Source: Octopus sinensis (Eukaryota). From it: DNA of 64,000 bases. Positions 10,657 to 24,381 of this stretch are shown piece by piece; position 1 is the stretch's first letter; each line of letters starts with the position of its first letter. The notes beneath the pieces were generated by a model. The model was not told the origin of the DNA. It searched no databases and was given only the letters and a program-made list of their open reading frames with translations. The translations under genes and the position numbers were made by a program. The stretch is from positions 17,360,001 through 17,424,000 of the forward strand of contig NC_043021.1 in the NCBI RefSeq assembly GCF_006345805.1, in the 5' to 3' direction.

Positions 10657-13600
10657 AATATAATAACCATCATTATTTTAATGCCCAATTTTCCATGCTT
10701 GCACCAGTTATATGGTGCTTCCTTGAAGCAGGTTTTCTACAGTTAGACGCTCTTTCCATCACTAACCCTCACCCGTTTCCATATAAGGTACTATTCCCCC
10801 CCACCCCCCACCCATCCATCCTGCCCTATCAGTCCTTCACACACAAACAGCCCAATAGCCAGCTATGATTTCACAGAGGTCTGCAAATGAGTAACCCCAC
10901 TTGTATAATGGAGACATACACTCACAATTAGCACAGGATGTTGACATAATGAGGCACTCACGCTTACACACATACAGTTATTCATACGTCTCTTTCTGAT
11001 AATCTATGTCTGTCTATCTATCTGTCTGTCTGTTTGTCAATTTATCTGTCTATCTATCCATCTATCTGCCTGTCTATCTACCTACCTATCTATCTATCTA
11101 TCTATCTTTTTTTTTTCATTTCTCTTTTCTTTTGTTCCTTTTCCTTTTCTTCTTTCTTTTTTTTATTTGTTTTATTTATTTTTTAAAATTTTATTTTATT
11201 TTATTTTATTTTTTTTGTTTTTGTTTTTCCCTTGTATGATCCCTTTTGATAGAAAACCTACGCCACCTTTTTTTTTGTTTCTTTTGTTTTTTGTTTTTTT
11301 CATCCCCCAAAAGAAAAGCTCTACCTTGTAACTTGTCCCATCTGTGTGCAGCCCTGTGTGGCCAATAAAGAAACTTATCTATCTATCTACCTGTTTGTCA
11401 ATTTATCTGTGTCTATCTATCTATCCATCCATCAATCTGTCTATTTGTATGTCTGTTTGTCCATCTGTCTATCTATCTATTTGTTTGTCTATCTATCAGG
11501 CTATCCATCCATCCATCTATCTATCTATCTATCTATCCATCCTTCCATCCAGCAATCTGTCTATTTGTCTGTCTGTCTGTCTGTCCATCCATCCATCCGT
11601 CCGTCTGTCTAACAATCTATCTATCTATCTATCTATCTATTTGTCTATCTCTCTATCTACCTATTTGTTTTGTCTATCTATCAGTCTATCCATCCATCCA
11701 TCTACATATCTATCTATCTGCTTGTCTATCTATCTATTCATCCTTCCATCCAGCTACCTGTCTATTTGTCTGTCTGTCTGTCCCTCCATCCATCCATCTG
11801 TCTAGTAATCTATCTACCTGTATGTATGTACGTGTATGAGAATATGTGTTTGTCTTCACACCGTGTCTGTAAAGTCTTATAATCTTTCTATCTTTTACTT
11901 GTTTCAGTCATTTGACTGTGGCCATGCTGGGGCACCGCCTTAAAGGGTTTTAATCCAATGAATTGATCCCAGTAGTCTTGTTTCCTTTTTCAAAGTCTGG
12001 TACTTGTTCCACTAATCTATTTGGCTGAAGTGCTATATTACTGGGATGTAAACAAACCAACACCAGTTGTCAAGCATGGCAGGGTGAGAAAGACAGACAC
12101 AATGTGACACTCACATACACACACATATATATATACACGCACACACACACACACATATATACACACAAACACACATATATATATATACATACACACATAC
12201 ACACACACCAATGGCTCAGTGGTTAGGGCAGCAGACTTGGGGTTGTAGGATCGTGGTTTCGATTCCCAGACCGGGCGTTGTAAGTGTTTATTGAGCGAAA
12301 ACACCTAAAGCTCCACGAGGCTCCAGCAGGGGGTGGTGGTGATCCCTGCTGTACTCTTTCGCCAAATGGCAGTGCCCCAGCATGGCCACAGCTCATGAGC
12401 TGAAACTAGATAAAATAAAAAATATATTGCTGTTGTGTGGAAGGGCAGTTCTTATCAGTCTCTTCCACTTAGTGGTCACTGACACGGATATGTGCCTCTC
12501 GACCCTACAAGGATGATGTGTCCTTGATGTGCTACTGACATGTCCTTCTCCATAAAAACATTAAATCAATGGCAGTGCCCCAGCATGACCACAACTTTCA
12601 AGCTGGAACTAGTTAAAGAGTATAAATATATATGAGTGGCTGTGTGGTAAGTAGCTTGCTAACTAACTACATGGTTCCAGGTTCAGTCCCACTGCGTGGA
12701 ATCTTGGGCAAGTGTCTTCTGCTATAGCCCCGGGCTATAGTGGATTTGGTAGACGGAACCTGAAAGAAGCCTGTCGTATGTATATATATATATATATATA
12801 TGTATTTGATTTGTTTTATCCATCTTTGGAATATGTAGATGTCAGTTTCAATAAGATCTCAACTCTGGAAGGACTGAAGTTAAGTATATTTACTCTTTTA
12901 CTCGTTTCAGTCATTTAACTGTGGCCATGCTGTAGCACCGCCTTTAGTCGACCCCAGGACTTACTCTTTGTAAGCCTAGTACTTATTCTATTGGTCTCTT
13001 TTGCCGAACCGCTATATTACGGGGACGTAAACACACCAGTATCGGTTGTCAAGCGATGTTGAGGGGACAAACACAGACACACAAAAATATACACCCACAC
13101 ATACATATATATATATACGACAGGCTTCTTTCAGTTTCCATCTACCAAATCTACTCTCAAGGCTTTGGTTGGCCCGAGGCAATAGTAGAAGACACTTGAC
13201 CAAGGTGCCACGGAGTGGGACTGAACCCGGAACCATGTGGTTCGTAAGCAAGCTACTTACCACACAGCCACTCCTATGCCTATCAATATTGTCTGTGGCA
13301 CATAAAATCACCCACTACACTCTCGGAGTGGTTGGCGTTAGGAAGGGCATCCAGCTGTAGAAACACTGCCAGATCTGACTGGCCTGGTGCAGCCTTCCAG
13401 CTTGCCAGACCCCAGTTGAACCGTCCAACCCATGCTAGCATGGAAAGCGGACGTTAAGCGATGATGATGATGATGATGATGTATGTGTGTGTGTTTGTGT
13501 GTCTGTGTTTGTCCCCCTAGCATTGCTTGACAACCGATGCTGGTGTGTTTACGTCCCTGTCACTTAGCGGTTCGGCAAAAGAGACCGATAGAATAAGTAC

Positions 13601-14395
13601 TGGGCTTACAAAGAATAAGTCCTGGGGTCGATTTGCTCGACTAAAGGCAGTGCTCCAGCATGGCCGCAGTCAAATGACTGAAACAAGTAAAAGAGTATAT
13701 ATATATATTCTTTTATTTGTTTCAGTCATTTGACTGTGTCCATGCTGGAGCACCACTTTAGTTGAACAAATTGACCCCAGGTCTTATTCTTTTGTAAGCC
13801 AAGTACTGATCCTATCGATCTCTTTTGCCAAACTGCTAAGTTACAGGGGGCGTAAACACACCAGCATTGGTGGTCAAGCAATGGTGGGGGAGGGGACAAA
13901 CACAGACACACAAACAGGTCAGCCCAAGGCTATAGTTGAAGAGACACTTGCCCAAGGTGCCACGCAGTGGGACTGAACCTGGAATCATGTGGTTGGTAAG
14001 TAAGCTTCATACCACACAAGGAAAACTGCATTAAACACTAGAAAATGTACATGTAGAACAGACAAAGGAGGACCCTAATCCTTCTTCAGTTATCGAGGAT
14101 TTTAATGCCTTTTTTATTTATGGAATAATGGAAGGCCATGCATCCTGACTTTTGTTAACAGTAAGTTTGTGTCTGTGTATACATACTTATATATATATAA
14201 ATATATATCATATATATAAATATAGGCGCAGGAGTAGCTCTGTGGTAAGTAGCTTGCTTACCAGCCACATGGTTCCAGGTTCAGTCCCACTGCATGGCAC
14301 TTTGGGCAAGTGTCTTTTACTATAGCCTCGGGCCGACCAAAGCCTTGTGAGTGAATTTGGTAGACGGAAACTGAAAGAAGCCCGTCGTATATATG

Positions 14396-14439
<44 letters not shown>

Positions 14440-14876
14440 CATGTATGTTTATGTGTCTGTGTTTGTTCCTCTAGCATTGCTTGACAACCAATGCTGGTGT
14501 GTTTATATCCCCGTCACTCAAAAGAGACCCAATAGAATAAGTACTGGGCTTACAAAGAATAAGTCCCGGGGTCGAGTTGCTTGATTAAAGGCGGTGCTCC
14601 AGCATGGTCAAATGACTGAAACAAGTAAAAGAGAGTAAGAGAGTATATATATGCTTTCCAACCACATGGTTCTGGGTTCAGTTCCACTGCATGGTACCTT
14701 GGGCAAGTGACAAAAGCCTTGTGAGTGAACTTGGTAGATGGAAACTGGAAGAAACATGTCATATATATATATATATAAATTCAGTAAAATTTAGATTCAG
14801 TTGAATATGGTACTTAAGTTAAAGGTACCAGAATTTAGTATGGTATTATCCATATAATTCAAAATGGGTTGATTAC

Positions 14877-14964
14877 AATCAAAATAAGCAACAAGGATAT
14901 CCAGAGGTAATGCAGTACGATTGTAGTGCATTACCTCTGGATATCCTTGTGGCTTATTTTGATT
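14877..14964. repeat. Fold-back palindrome (~38-bp arms) centred on an HHR stem III-like tacgattgta
   Basis: aatcaaaataagcaacaaggatatccagaggtaatgca / tgcattacctctggatatccttgtggcttattttgatt. Confidence 0.85.
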
Positions 14965-14971
14965 ATAGATA

Positions 14972-15003
<32 letters not shown>

Positions 15004-16232
15004 CATATATATATACATATATATATACATATATATATATATATAGATATATATTATATATAATATATATACATAGTATATATACATATATATATACATA
15101 TATATTATATATAGATATATATATATATATATATATATAGATTATATATATATATATACATATATATAATATATCTATATATATATTATATATATACATA
15201 TATATACATATATATATATATATAATATATATCATATATATATAATATATATATATATATAATATATACTATATATACATATATACATTATAATACATAT
15301 ATACATATACATTATATATATATATATATAATTATAATATATATAGTATGTATATTTTGTGTGTATGGGTCTGTGTTTGTCGCTCCGCTATCACTTGACA
15401 ACCAATGTTGGTGTGTTTATGTCCTGGTAACTTAGCAGTTCGGCAAAAGAGACCAATAGAATAAGTATTAGGCTTAGAAAGAATAAGTGGTGGGGGTCGA
15501 TTTCTTCTACTAACACCCTTTCGGGCAGTACTTCAGCATGGCTGCAGTCAAAATGACAGAAAAAAAGTTAAAGAAAAAAGAATAGAAGAACACACACATA
15601 TATATATATATATATATAATCTTTTTTTTTTCTCTTTTTACTTGTTTCAGTCATTTGACCATGCTGGAGCATCGCCTTTAATCGAGCAACTCAACCCCGG
15701 GACTTATTCTTTGTAAGCCCAGTACTTATTCTATCGGTCTCTTTTGCTGAACCGCTAAGTGACGGCGACATAAACACACCAGTATCGATTGTCAAGCAAT
15801 GCTAGGGGGACAAACACAGACACACAAACATACACACACACATATATATATATATACATATATACGACAGGCATCTTTCAGTTTCCGTCTACCAAATCCA
15901 CTCACAAGGCATTGGTCGGCCCGGGGCTATAGCAGAAGACACTTGCCCGAGGTGCCACGCAGTGGGACTGAACCCGGAACCATGTGGTTGGTAAGCAAGC
16001 TACTTACCACACAGCCATATATATATATATATAACTTGAGAAACAAGTAGAGGTGTTAGTGACAGGAAGAGCATCCAGATGTAAAACAAGGCCTTCTATG
16101 AAGAAACAGATGTAAACACAAATAAGAACAAACTTGTGTATATATATTACATAATCTATTATAGATGATATATATACGTGCATATATATATGAATACATA
16201 CAGAGAGAGACAGAAAGACAGACAAGAAAAAT

Positions 16233-16274
<42 letters not shown>

Positions 16275-17295
16275 GAGTAGGTGTCTATACATATGTGTGT
16301 GAATATATATATATACGCTTATACATGCACCTATATTTATGTATGTTTATTTACATACATATAATTATATTTGTATGTATTTGTGACCATATATGTATAC
16401 GCTAACAAATATACACACATTTATATTAGCGTCTCTCTCTCTCTCTCTCTCGCTATATATATATATATATATATATACATATATACACACACACACACTC
16501 ACACGAACACACGGCCATAGAATGTGCGAATACACACACACATACACATATGGATAAATGTATATGACTGTTCCACCATCAACTTATTCGTCATCTCTGA
16601 ATAATACAAACACAAAAACTCATCATCATCACCATCATCATCTCTAGCAAGCCTGACCTAACGGTTCTTATATATACACATATATATTTATATATATATA
16701 CATGTGTGTGTATATGAACACGCTATGTTATATACATAGATCGCCATATATACAGTACATGTCAAACAATAATGAAATAACTTACGGAAAGTGGAGCAAT
16801 CTTGCCGAAGAGACATGAGAGAAGATAAAGAAAGAATCAGGATGATTGCTAGACACGAGAAATGAAGACAACCGGTGTTAGGCGAAAAATGGTCACCCTG
16901 TAAGAAATACCCGACCGACAGTTCACTGGTTTTTGTTTGAGAATATTAAATTGGTGTGTTTGTTGTTGCTGTTTAAGGTCTGTCTGATTAGTTTTCATCG
17001 AGCTGACCCACGATTGAAGATATGCCCTCCGTTTCTTATCGGAAGGCATATCTAGGAATTTATCATCCGATATCTCTCACTTTTTTCTTTTGTTTTTGAG
17101 GGAAATTTAGCTGCTGTTTCTGGCAAGTAAAGCGATCACGTAGATGTTCCTTGGTTCACTTGTGTTCTTAGAGGAGGTGGTGGCGCTGTATATGTGGTGG
17201 AGGTGAGGGAGAGGTTGATGTACATACACATACACACACACACATCCATAGACATGTGCATTCACGGGGTCTCTGGGATGTACTTCATCAGCACA

Positions 17296-17335
<40 letters not shown>

Positions 17336-17586
17336 GTGAATGTGTGTTGAGGGTATATTTTTTTCGCTTGCGTGTATGTGTGTGTGTGCGCGCGGGTGTG
17401 AATTTGTGTCCATCCATCTATCCATCAATCCATGTATTCATCTATCTTACTCTCTCTCCATCTGTCTATCTATCCACCTGTCTATCTATCTTCCTTTTTC
17501 CTTTTTCCATCTTCGAAAAGAAAAGCTCTACATTTGTATTTGTCTCCTCTGTGTTCAGCCCTGTGTGACCAATAAAGAAAGTTATC

Positions 17587-17823
17587 TGTGCCGGGCCGGA
17601 GCATCCATGACAACCTCCATCTGATGCGCTACATCATAGACAGAGTAGTTAAGGAACCAGGTATGGGTGGGGCCCTGATCAACTTGGATCAATCGAAAGC
17701 CGTCGATAGGGTAGACCATCGATACTTGGAGGCAGTTCTGAGAGCGGCTGGTTTCGGTCCCGTCTTCCGCGGCTGGATAGCTGTACAGAGGCATCCGTTC
17801 GGTAATTCGCGTAAATGGACATC
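17587..17823 (+). mobile_element. L1/Tx1-clade reverse transcriptase fragment
   Basis: VPGRSIHDNLHLMRYII...ALINLDQSKAVDRVDHRYL..VL...GFGP.F..WI. Confidence 0.85.
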
Positions 17824-18019
17824 ATTTTGACTGCGGCCATGCTGGAGCAGCGCCTTTAGTCGAGCATATCGACCCCGGGACTTATTCTTTGTAAGCCCAG
17901 TACTTATTCTATCGGTCTCTTTTGCCGAACCGCTATGTGACGGTGACGTAAACACACCAGCATCGGTTGTCAAGCAATGCCAGGGGAACAAACACAGACA
18001 CACAAACATACACACACAC

Positions 18020-18073
<54 letters not shown>

Positions 18074-18435
18074 CATATATACGACGGGCTTCTTTCAGTT
18101 TCCGTCTACCAAAACCACTCACAAGGCTTTGGTCGGTCCGAGGCTATAGTAGAAGACACTTGCTCAAGGTGCCACGCAGTGGGACTGAACCCGGAACCAT
18201 GTGGTTGGTAAGCAAGCTACTTACCACACATGTATGTATGTATGTATGTATGTATGTATGTATGTATGTACATAAAAAGTTTTTATCAGCCATTTCTTTC
18301 CCCGGTCTGTGTATCTTAATATTCAATAAACACATTTTTCTAAGAAAAACATTTTTCAATAAACATTTTTCTAACAAACAAAAGTATTCTCTGGAACCAA
18401 ATTCGACGCTCTCTCTCTCTCTATGTATATATATA

Positions 18436-18610
18436 TAGGAAAAAAGCAACAAGAATGGATTAAAATCTCGGTACGATCGTTTCGTACGAGGACATCTTTA
18501 ATAAGCTACAAAAAATGCAGTGAATACACTGCATTTTTGTAGCTTATTAAGATGTCCTCGTACGAAACGATCGTACCGAGATTTTAATCCATTCTTGTTG
18601 CTTTTTTCTA
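18436..18610. repeat. Near-perfect ~175-bp hairpin palindrome; each arm carries the 3' half of an HHR (GAAA-CGATCG-TA)
   Basis: Arms are reverse complements around the loop aata (18523-18526). Downstream 18610-18720 is homologous to the reverse complement of 14780-14880. Confidence 0.9.
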
Positions 18611-18727
18611 TTTGTAATCACCCCACTTGTCGTATGGTTAACACCATATAGATTTCCGGTGCATCCTAGTTAAGGACCATATTCATGTGAATTCTTTAGA
18701 ATTCACTTGAATCTCAATTACTTAACC

Positions 18728-18769
<42 letters not shown>

Positions 18770-18804
18770 TATATATATATAGATATATATATATATATAT
18801 ATAT

Positions 18805-19188
18805 ATTGTTGTCACTTAAAGCATGCAGAATCCATGCTCCATACATCTGAACCTTTCCCATCGAGTGAAGATGTTTTTCTATAGCAGTGTGGGAGCATTC
18901 CATTTTCTCTGCCAGTTCCTTTGTTGTTTGACGAGAATTTTCGTGTAAAAGTTGGTTTAATCGCTCTGCATCGAACTCAACTGGACGGCCAGAACGTGGT
19001 GCGACTTTAAGGTCAAAATTCTCATTTTTGAACTTGGCATACCAATCACGAGCAGTTCTTTCGGCTATGGCACTCTCTCCATACACAGCACAAATGTCCC
19101 GAGCAGGTTTTGCGACCTCAGAACCTTGATTAAAAGCAAAAAGAAGGAGGTGTCGAAAATGCTCGTTTTCCTTAACTTGACATTCCAT
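18805..19188 (-). mobile_element. Mariner transposase N-terminal (HTH) fragment, truncated
   Basis: HFRHLLLFAF...ARDICAVYGE.AI.ERTARDWYAKFK..NFDL...PRSGRP...WILHALS (WVPHEL-like). Confidence 0.9.
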
Positions 19189-19639
19189 TTTAATGACCTG
19201 AAAATAAACAGAAATTAACAAAAATTAACTAGAAAAATGCAAAAAAAAACCCAAAATATATTCCAAAATGATACAAAAATAGAATGTGATGTGCAAGTTG
19301 TGATTCTTCGATGCGGTTGGTGAAGCTGGTTGAAGGGAAGGCCGCAATTCGTTCACGGGGTCACCAAATGTAGAGGTTATGTGTGTGTATCAGGTGAAGA
19401 GATCCAAAAGGAATGTGTATGTCTTTCAAGTAAACAAATGAGTGAATAGATTCATAGATAAAAATAATTTATTCACTGGACTTAATTTGTCGTTGGTACA
19501 CAATTCTTCACTACATGCAAAATGTTGACAACTGCTACGAGTTGCTAGAAATAGAGAAATAGAGACAGGGTACATCTGTGGAAGTGAGGTGTCAGAAATC
19601 AATGTGTGTGTTGTGTGTGTGTATACATATGTACGTACA

Positions 19640-19947
19640 TTGTTGTTGTTTGTTCCTTCTCGAGCCATGCCTGGCTCATAAGGGCCGGTTTCCCGGTTTC
19701 TTGGCGTATAGGTTCCCCACCTGGACGGGACGCCGGTCCGTCGCAGGTGAGCTGCAAGATGCAGGAGGAAAGAGGGAGAGAAAGTGGTGGCGAAAGAGTC
19801 AGCAGACGTTTCGTCATTACCTTCTGCCGGAGCCGCGTGGAGGCTAGGTGTTTCGCTCATAAACACACACATCGCCCGATCTGAGATTCGAACCCACGAT
19901 CCCTCGACCGCGAGTCCGTTGCTCTAACCACTAGGCCATGTGCCCCC
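19640..19947 (-). mobile_element. Full-length tRNA-derived SINE with Meta/V-like core and (CAA)n tail
   Basis: tggcctagtggttagagc A-box and gggttcgaatc B-box; cctgcgacggaccggcgtcccgtccagg ... gaaaccgggaaaccggcccttatgagcc. Confidence 0.75.
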
Positions 19948-20289
19948 ACACACGTACGTACGTACGTACATACATACATACATACATACATACATACATA
20001 CATACATACATACATACATACATACATACATACGTACACATGTATATACCTTTGCATATTCCCTTCATCAGCTGTCGACTAAACATCATAACGATTTCGA
20101 CACCTTCTGATAGTACCGGTCCATCCAGTGGGGATAAGTAGCATTAAACCCTACCAGGAAATATTCGGTTTGTTTGGGTCCATACTGCAGCACATTACAC
20201 CTTTCTCGTTGCTTTTTCCTCCTCCCCATCCCCACTAGACTGGATGCAGCTGTGTCCACTCCAACCAGCCAGGCAACACCCACAACGTT

Positions 20290-20664
20290 TTGCTATCCAC
20301 AGATGAGTGTTTTTGCTCTTAACTTTGGCCGTCCTCTTACATAAGCTTATCATATTCAGGATGAAGCACCACGTACTTTCCTCAACAGTTTACGGATCGT
20401 CGCTTCCACAAAAGGAACCACTGTACACTGCCAGCTTCTTTCATTTACACGATACCCTAAAACCTTTATATTTACAGTTCCATTTTTTTAATGATCCGAC
20501 TCCAGGTAACCTTCCCAAAAAGGTAACACGGAGTCGGACCATTTCGTCAAATAACTTGCCATGCCATAAAGCCAGATCGCTGTGTTTTCTTTTTTTATTG
20601 AAATTATAACTTGGAACCGAAGCTCGTTCTTCAAATCTATTCGGATCTCCCAGTCATTAGCACC
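20290..20664 (-). mobile_element. Degenerate restriction-like-endonuclease domain of a HERO/NeSL-type non-LTR retrotransposon
   Basis: Frame-hopping translation ANDWEIRIDLKNELRF...SDLALW...PFWEGYLESDH...KY...SWQCTVVPFVE...HLWIAKR resembles the recalled DW..DL...RPD..LW...ELTVPWE...KY...GW...PIEVG...WLW.KR pattern. Confidence 0.5.
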
Positions 20665-20674
20665 GTATATATAT

Positions 20675-20734
<60 letters not shown>

Positions 20735-20853
20735 TGTTGTCACTTAAAGCATGCAGAATCCATGCTCCATACATCTGAACCTTTCCCATCGAGTGAAGAT
20801 GTTTTTCTATAGCAGTGTGGGAGCATTTTCTTGGGTCTAGGAATTCTTTAATT

Positions 20854-20904
<51 letters not shown>

Positions 20905-21211
20905 GTAGATTCTTATTAAATTATTGCGTTGTTTTCACCAGTGATATTGCAGACATTGATAATCCTTTTTATTATAAGTACAAGGCTTGACCTTTTGAGG
21001 GGCGGGGCTAGCCGATTACATCGACCGCGGTGCTTAAATAGAACCTTATTTTATCGACCCCAGGGGATGAAAAGCAAAGTTAACCTCGGAAGGATTCGAA
21101 CTTAGTCCGCAAAGAGTCAAAAGAAATACAGTTTATCCAACGTGCAAAGGTTCTGTTCGTAATCTGGTCGGAGACTTTACGCTTCCAGAAATATTCTTCA
21201 AGACATGCTTT

Positions 21212-21415
21212 AGCCGTCCAAGAATTTGGACCTGGAGATCTCCATTTCCAGCGACTTCGAGGGCAACCTTCCAGTGGTGTCGGGCGTCAACGGAGAGCCC
21301 TCGACTACAACAAGGCGACCAAAGTTTCTTTTTTTTTTTTTTCCTAGGTCTGGGGTCTCCCACCCCTAAGCCCTAGACCATCACCTAATCACTTTTACCC
21401 ATCTTGTTGCTTAAT

Positions 21416-21449
<34 letters not shown>

Positions 21450-21750
21450 GCAACGACAACAACAACTGCAGCAGCCACAACACCAACCACTACTACCATC
21501 ACCATCACCACCACCAACAACAGCAGCATCTGTTCAAGAATTTGGACCTGGAGATCTCCATTTCCAGCGACTTCGAGGGCCACCTCCCAGTGGTGCCGGG
21601 CGTCAACGAAGAGCCCTCAACTACAACAAGACGACCAAAGTTTCTTTTTTTTTTTTTTCCTAGGTCTGGGGTTTCCCGCCTCTAAGCCCTAGACCATCAC
21701 CTAATCATCCTTACCCGTCTTGTTGCTTAACAGCAACAACAACAACAACA
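21212..21750. repeat. Tandem duplication (~320 bp period) of an unclassified repeat separated by (CAA)n; a partial third copy lies at 59432-59520
   Basis: caagaatttggacctggagatctccatttccagcgacttcgaggg...gagccct repeated. Confidence 0.8.
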
Positions 21751-21967
21751 ACAAGACCTGCTTTACATGCTACAGGGACATTCTCTATGGATGCGCATAA
21801 CCTCCACACCTCTGACATTCAGCTGTGTGACTTCACCCCATCCTACTGTCTAACGTTGGCATCAAATTTAGACGCAAGGACAGTAATTTGCGGGGACGAG
21901 TTAAGTCGATTTCAACTGGTACTTTTTTTTATCAACTTCGAAAGGATGAAAAGCTAAGTCCACCTCA

Positions 21968-22513
21968 ATCGTCTGGAAGCCGTTCAGCGATGTGCAACTA
22001 AAAGAATACCCTCCATCAGGCATTTGCCATATTCTGAACGCCTTACTTCCCTGGGCATGGACACATTGAAACTCCGACGTCTGGCAGCTGACTTGGCAGA
22101 CACCTATAAAATTATTAACCACCTTACAAACAATAACTCTGAGCACCTTTTCAAACTCCACCCGTCTAACACCCGTGGACATATTTACAAAGTCAGGAAA
22201 CAGCACAGCTCCCATGGCTTTCGGATACATTTTTTTACGCTGAGAGTTGCTGAAGCATGGAACAAACTGCCGGCATCAGTTGTTACTTGTCGGAGCACTG
22301 CATCCTTCAAAACTTCCATGCTTCCTGAGATTCGCCAACACTACACCTGATTTTCTCCTCCCCTCCATACACACGCAAGCATGTATCTAACTAAAAAACT
22401 GTTCGCTTTCCAGGCATTTGTACATTACTACGTATACTTTATACGCACTTTCTGACAAGTTGTGGTGCACCTGAGCACTGTACACAATAATTTCATTATT
22501 ATTATTATTATTA
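21968..22513 (+). mobile_element. CR1 LINE 3' end with (ATT)n tail
   Basis: RLEAVQR.ATKRI...PYSERL..LG...L..RR...DL...YKI...TRGH.YK...FF..RV...WNKLP..VV. Confidence 0.9.
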
Positions 22514-23549
22514 TAAATGCTGCTGTGCATTTTGAGAGATATGCTAACTCGCCACTTCCCATTGCCTATTATTAACTGGCGAGTGGGGCATAGAGCACAT
22601 CTTACTCTATTCGCAGCAAGTATAGCAAGAACCCCACTGGTTCCATTTACCATAACAATATTCTACTGCAGTGGCATTGATTAGTTGAAATTGCCGAAAT
22701 ACGAGAAACTAAACAACAAATAGCTTACAAACTACAGAATTTTCTCAAGAACACAAAGAGAAAAAGATGTTTTATGTGACACATTCTACCAGTATTCGAA
22801 GTTTAAAGTGTTTAGTTACAAAGAAATTATTTTAAAAATCTGCCGGTCAAAGTGAAAAGATCCCCCATATAACCCTTGGGATCTATATAAGAAAAAAAAT
22901 TTTAACAATTTTATTGTGTCTGGGGAGAGTCATTATGTTTTAATACTTTACTACTTAACACACGCACTGGTTCGATTTCCACTCATTTCCTTATGTATTT
23001 TTTTCTAAAATTTCCGTTGCTTCTTGCATCCTCTTCAATAGACGTTGATTCTGTCCGTTATCAGAGCTGCGTTCTTTTTGTTTGTTTGTTTGTACGTATG
23101 TGTGTGCGTCAGCACTGAAAGTTTATGAGGGGTCCACCCGAATAAAACAGGAATCAAAAGGGTCCACCAAAAGGGTCCACAGACGAAAAATGGTTGGGAA
23201 ACCTCGTTTTGCAGTTTTTCTTTTACTCAGTTCTCTCCCCTGCTTCTTCCCAATTCTCCTGGTTTTGACGAACATTTCTCTTCTTCCATCAAGAGAATGA
23301 TTTCATTCGCCTCCTCTTGCCTGCCGATATTATTCAGCCAGAATATAATTTGTTCCATGTCTACCCAAGTCCCAAATAGACGTCGTTGATTGGTTGAAAT
23401 TGCCGAAATACGAGAAATTTAACAACAAATAGCTTACAAACTACAGAATTTTCTGAAGAACGCCAAGAGAAAAAGATGTTTTATAAACACATTCTACCAG
23501 TATACGAAGTTTAAAATTTTTTAGTTACAAAGAAATTATTTCTAAAATT

Positions 23550-23971
23550 ATTTCACTTTGACTGGCAGATTTTAGAAATAATTTCTTTGTAACTAAAAAT
23601 TTTTAAACTTCGTATACTGGTAGAACGTGTTTATAAAACATCTTTTTCTCTTGGCTTTATTGAGAAAATTCTATAGTTTGTAAGATATTTGTGGGGGTTT
23701 TTTTCTTCAATTTCTGCAATTTCAACCAATCAATGACGTGTATTGAGTTAAAAAACATTCTGTGCCGTATGAATATGTCCCTCGTTTAAGAAACAGATTG
23801 GGTTTATTTACATTTGTGAAGAAAAAAAGATACCCTTTCCCCCACCCCTAACCCTAACCCTAACCCTAAAATAGATTGAAATGCAATAGATCGATTCTAG
23901 GGTCATAATTATGAGTGACAATTTCATGTGACACCGTTAGAAAAAACTGCCGGTCAAACCGAAAAGATCCC
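23550..23971. mobile_element. MITE-like element with ~25-bp TIR (GGGATCTTTTC..TTTGACCGGCAG) and internal (CCCTAA)4; partial opposite-orientation copies at 22675-22864 and 23383-23548
   Basis: Ends tttcactttgactggcag / ctgccggtcaaaccgaaaagatccc; telomere-type repeat at 23846-23869. Confidence 0.6.
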
Positions 23972-24381
23972 AAAATTCTATCACGGAAAGGAACAATCAT
24001 TCACTTCTTTGCTCCTTTTCCATAAGTTAATGATCACTATTCTGAAAGCCCACAGATAAACTATTACACATAAAACTCAGGCAGGAATGATTCTGATCAT
24101 ATCTCTGTTCAATCAGTTCTAACCTTTAGCACAAGAACAATAGCAACTTTAAAAAACTAACCAAGATCCGTTTCTAAAGGTTAAACAATTTCAATTTACT
24201 CTAAGGGGGAAATAACTCAAAGAAAGAATCCTGTAGTTGTCTCCCTTGTAAAAATTTTTTTTAATTTCTTTTTTTTCTCTCCCCTTTTTACATTTTAACA
24301 AAGTTTCATTGTCTGGGGAGAGCCATTCTCTTTTGGTGCCTTATAATGTAACACACTCACCAGTAAATTTTTATTTAATAA

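Noticed and set aside
20060-20135. CTGATGA and GAAA on the minus strand (similar CTGATGA at 56864-56870)
   Set aside because: Could not build all three stems with a valid UH site.
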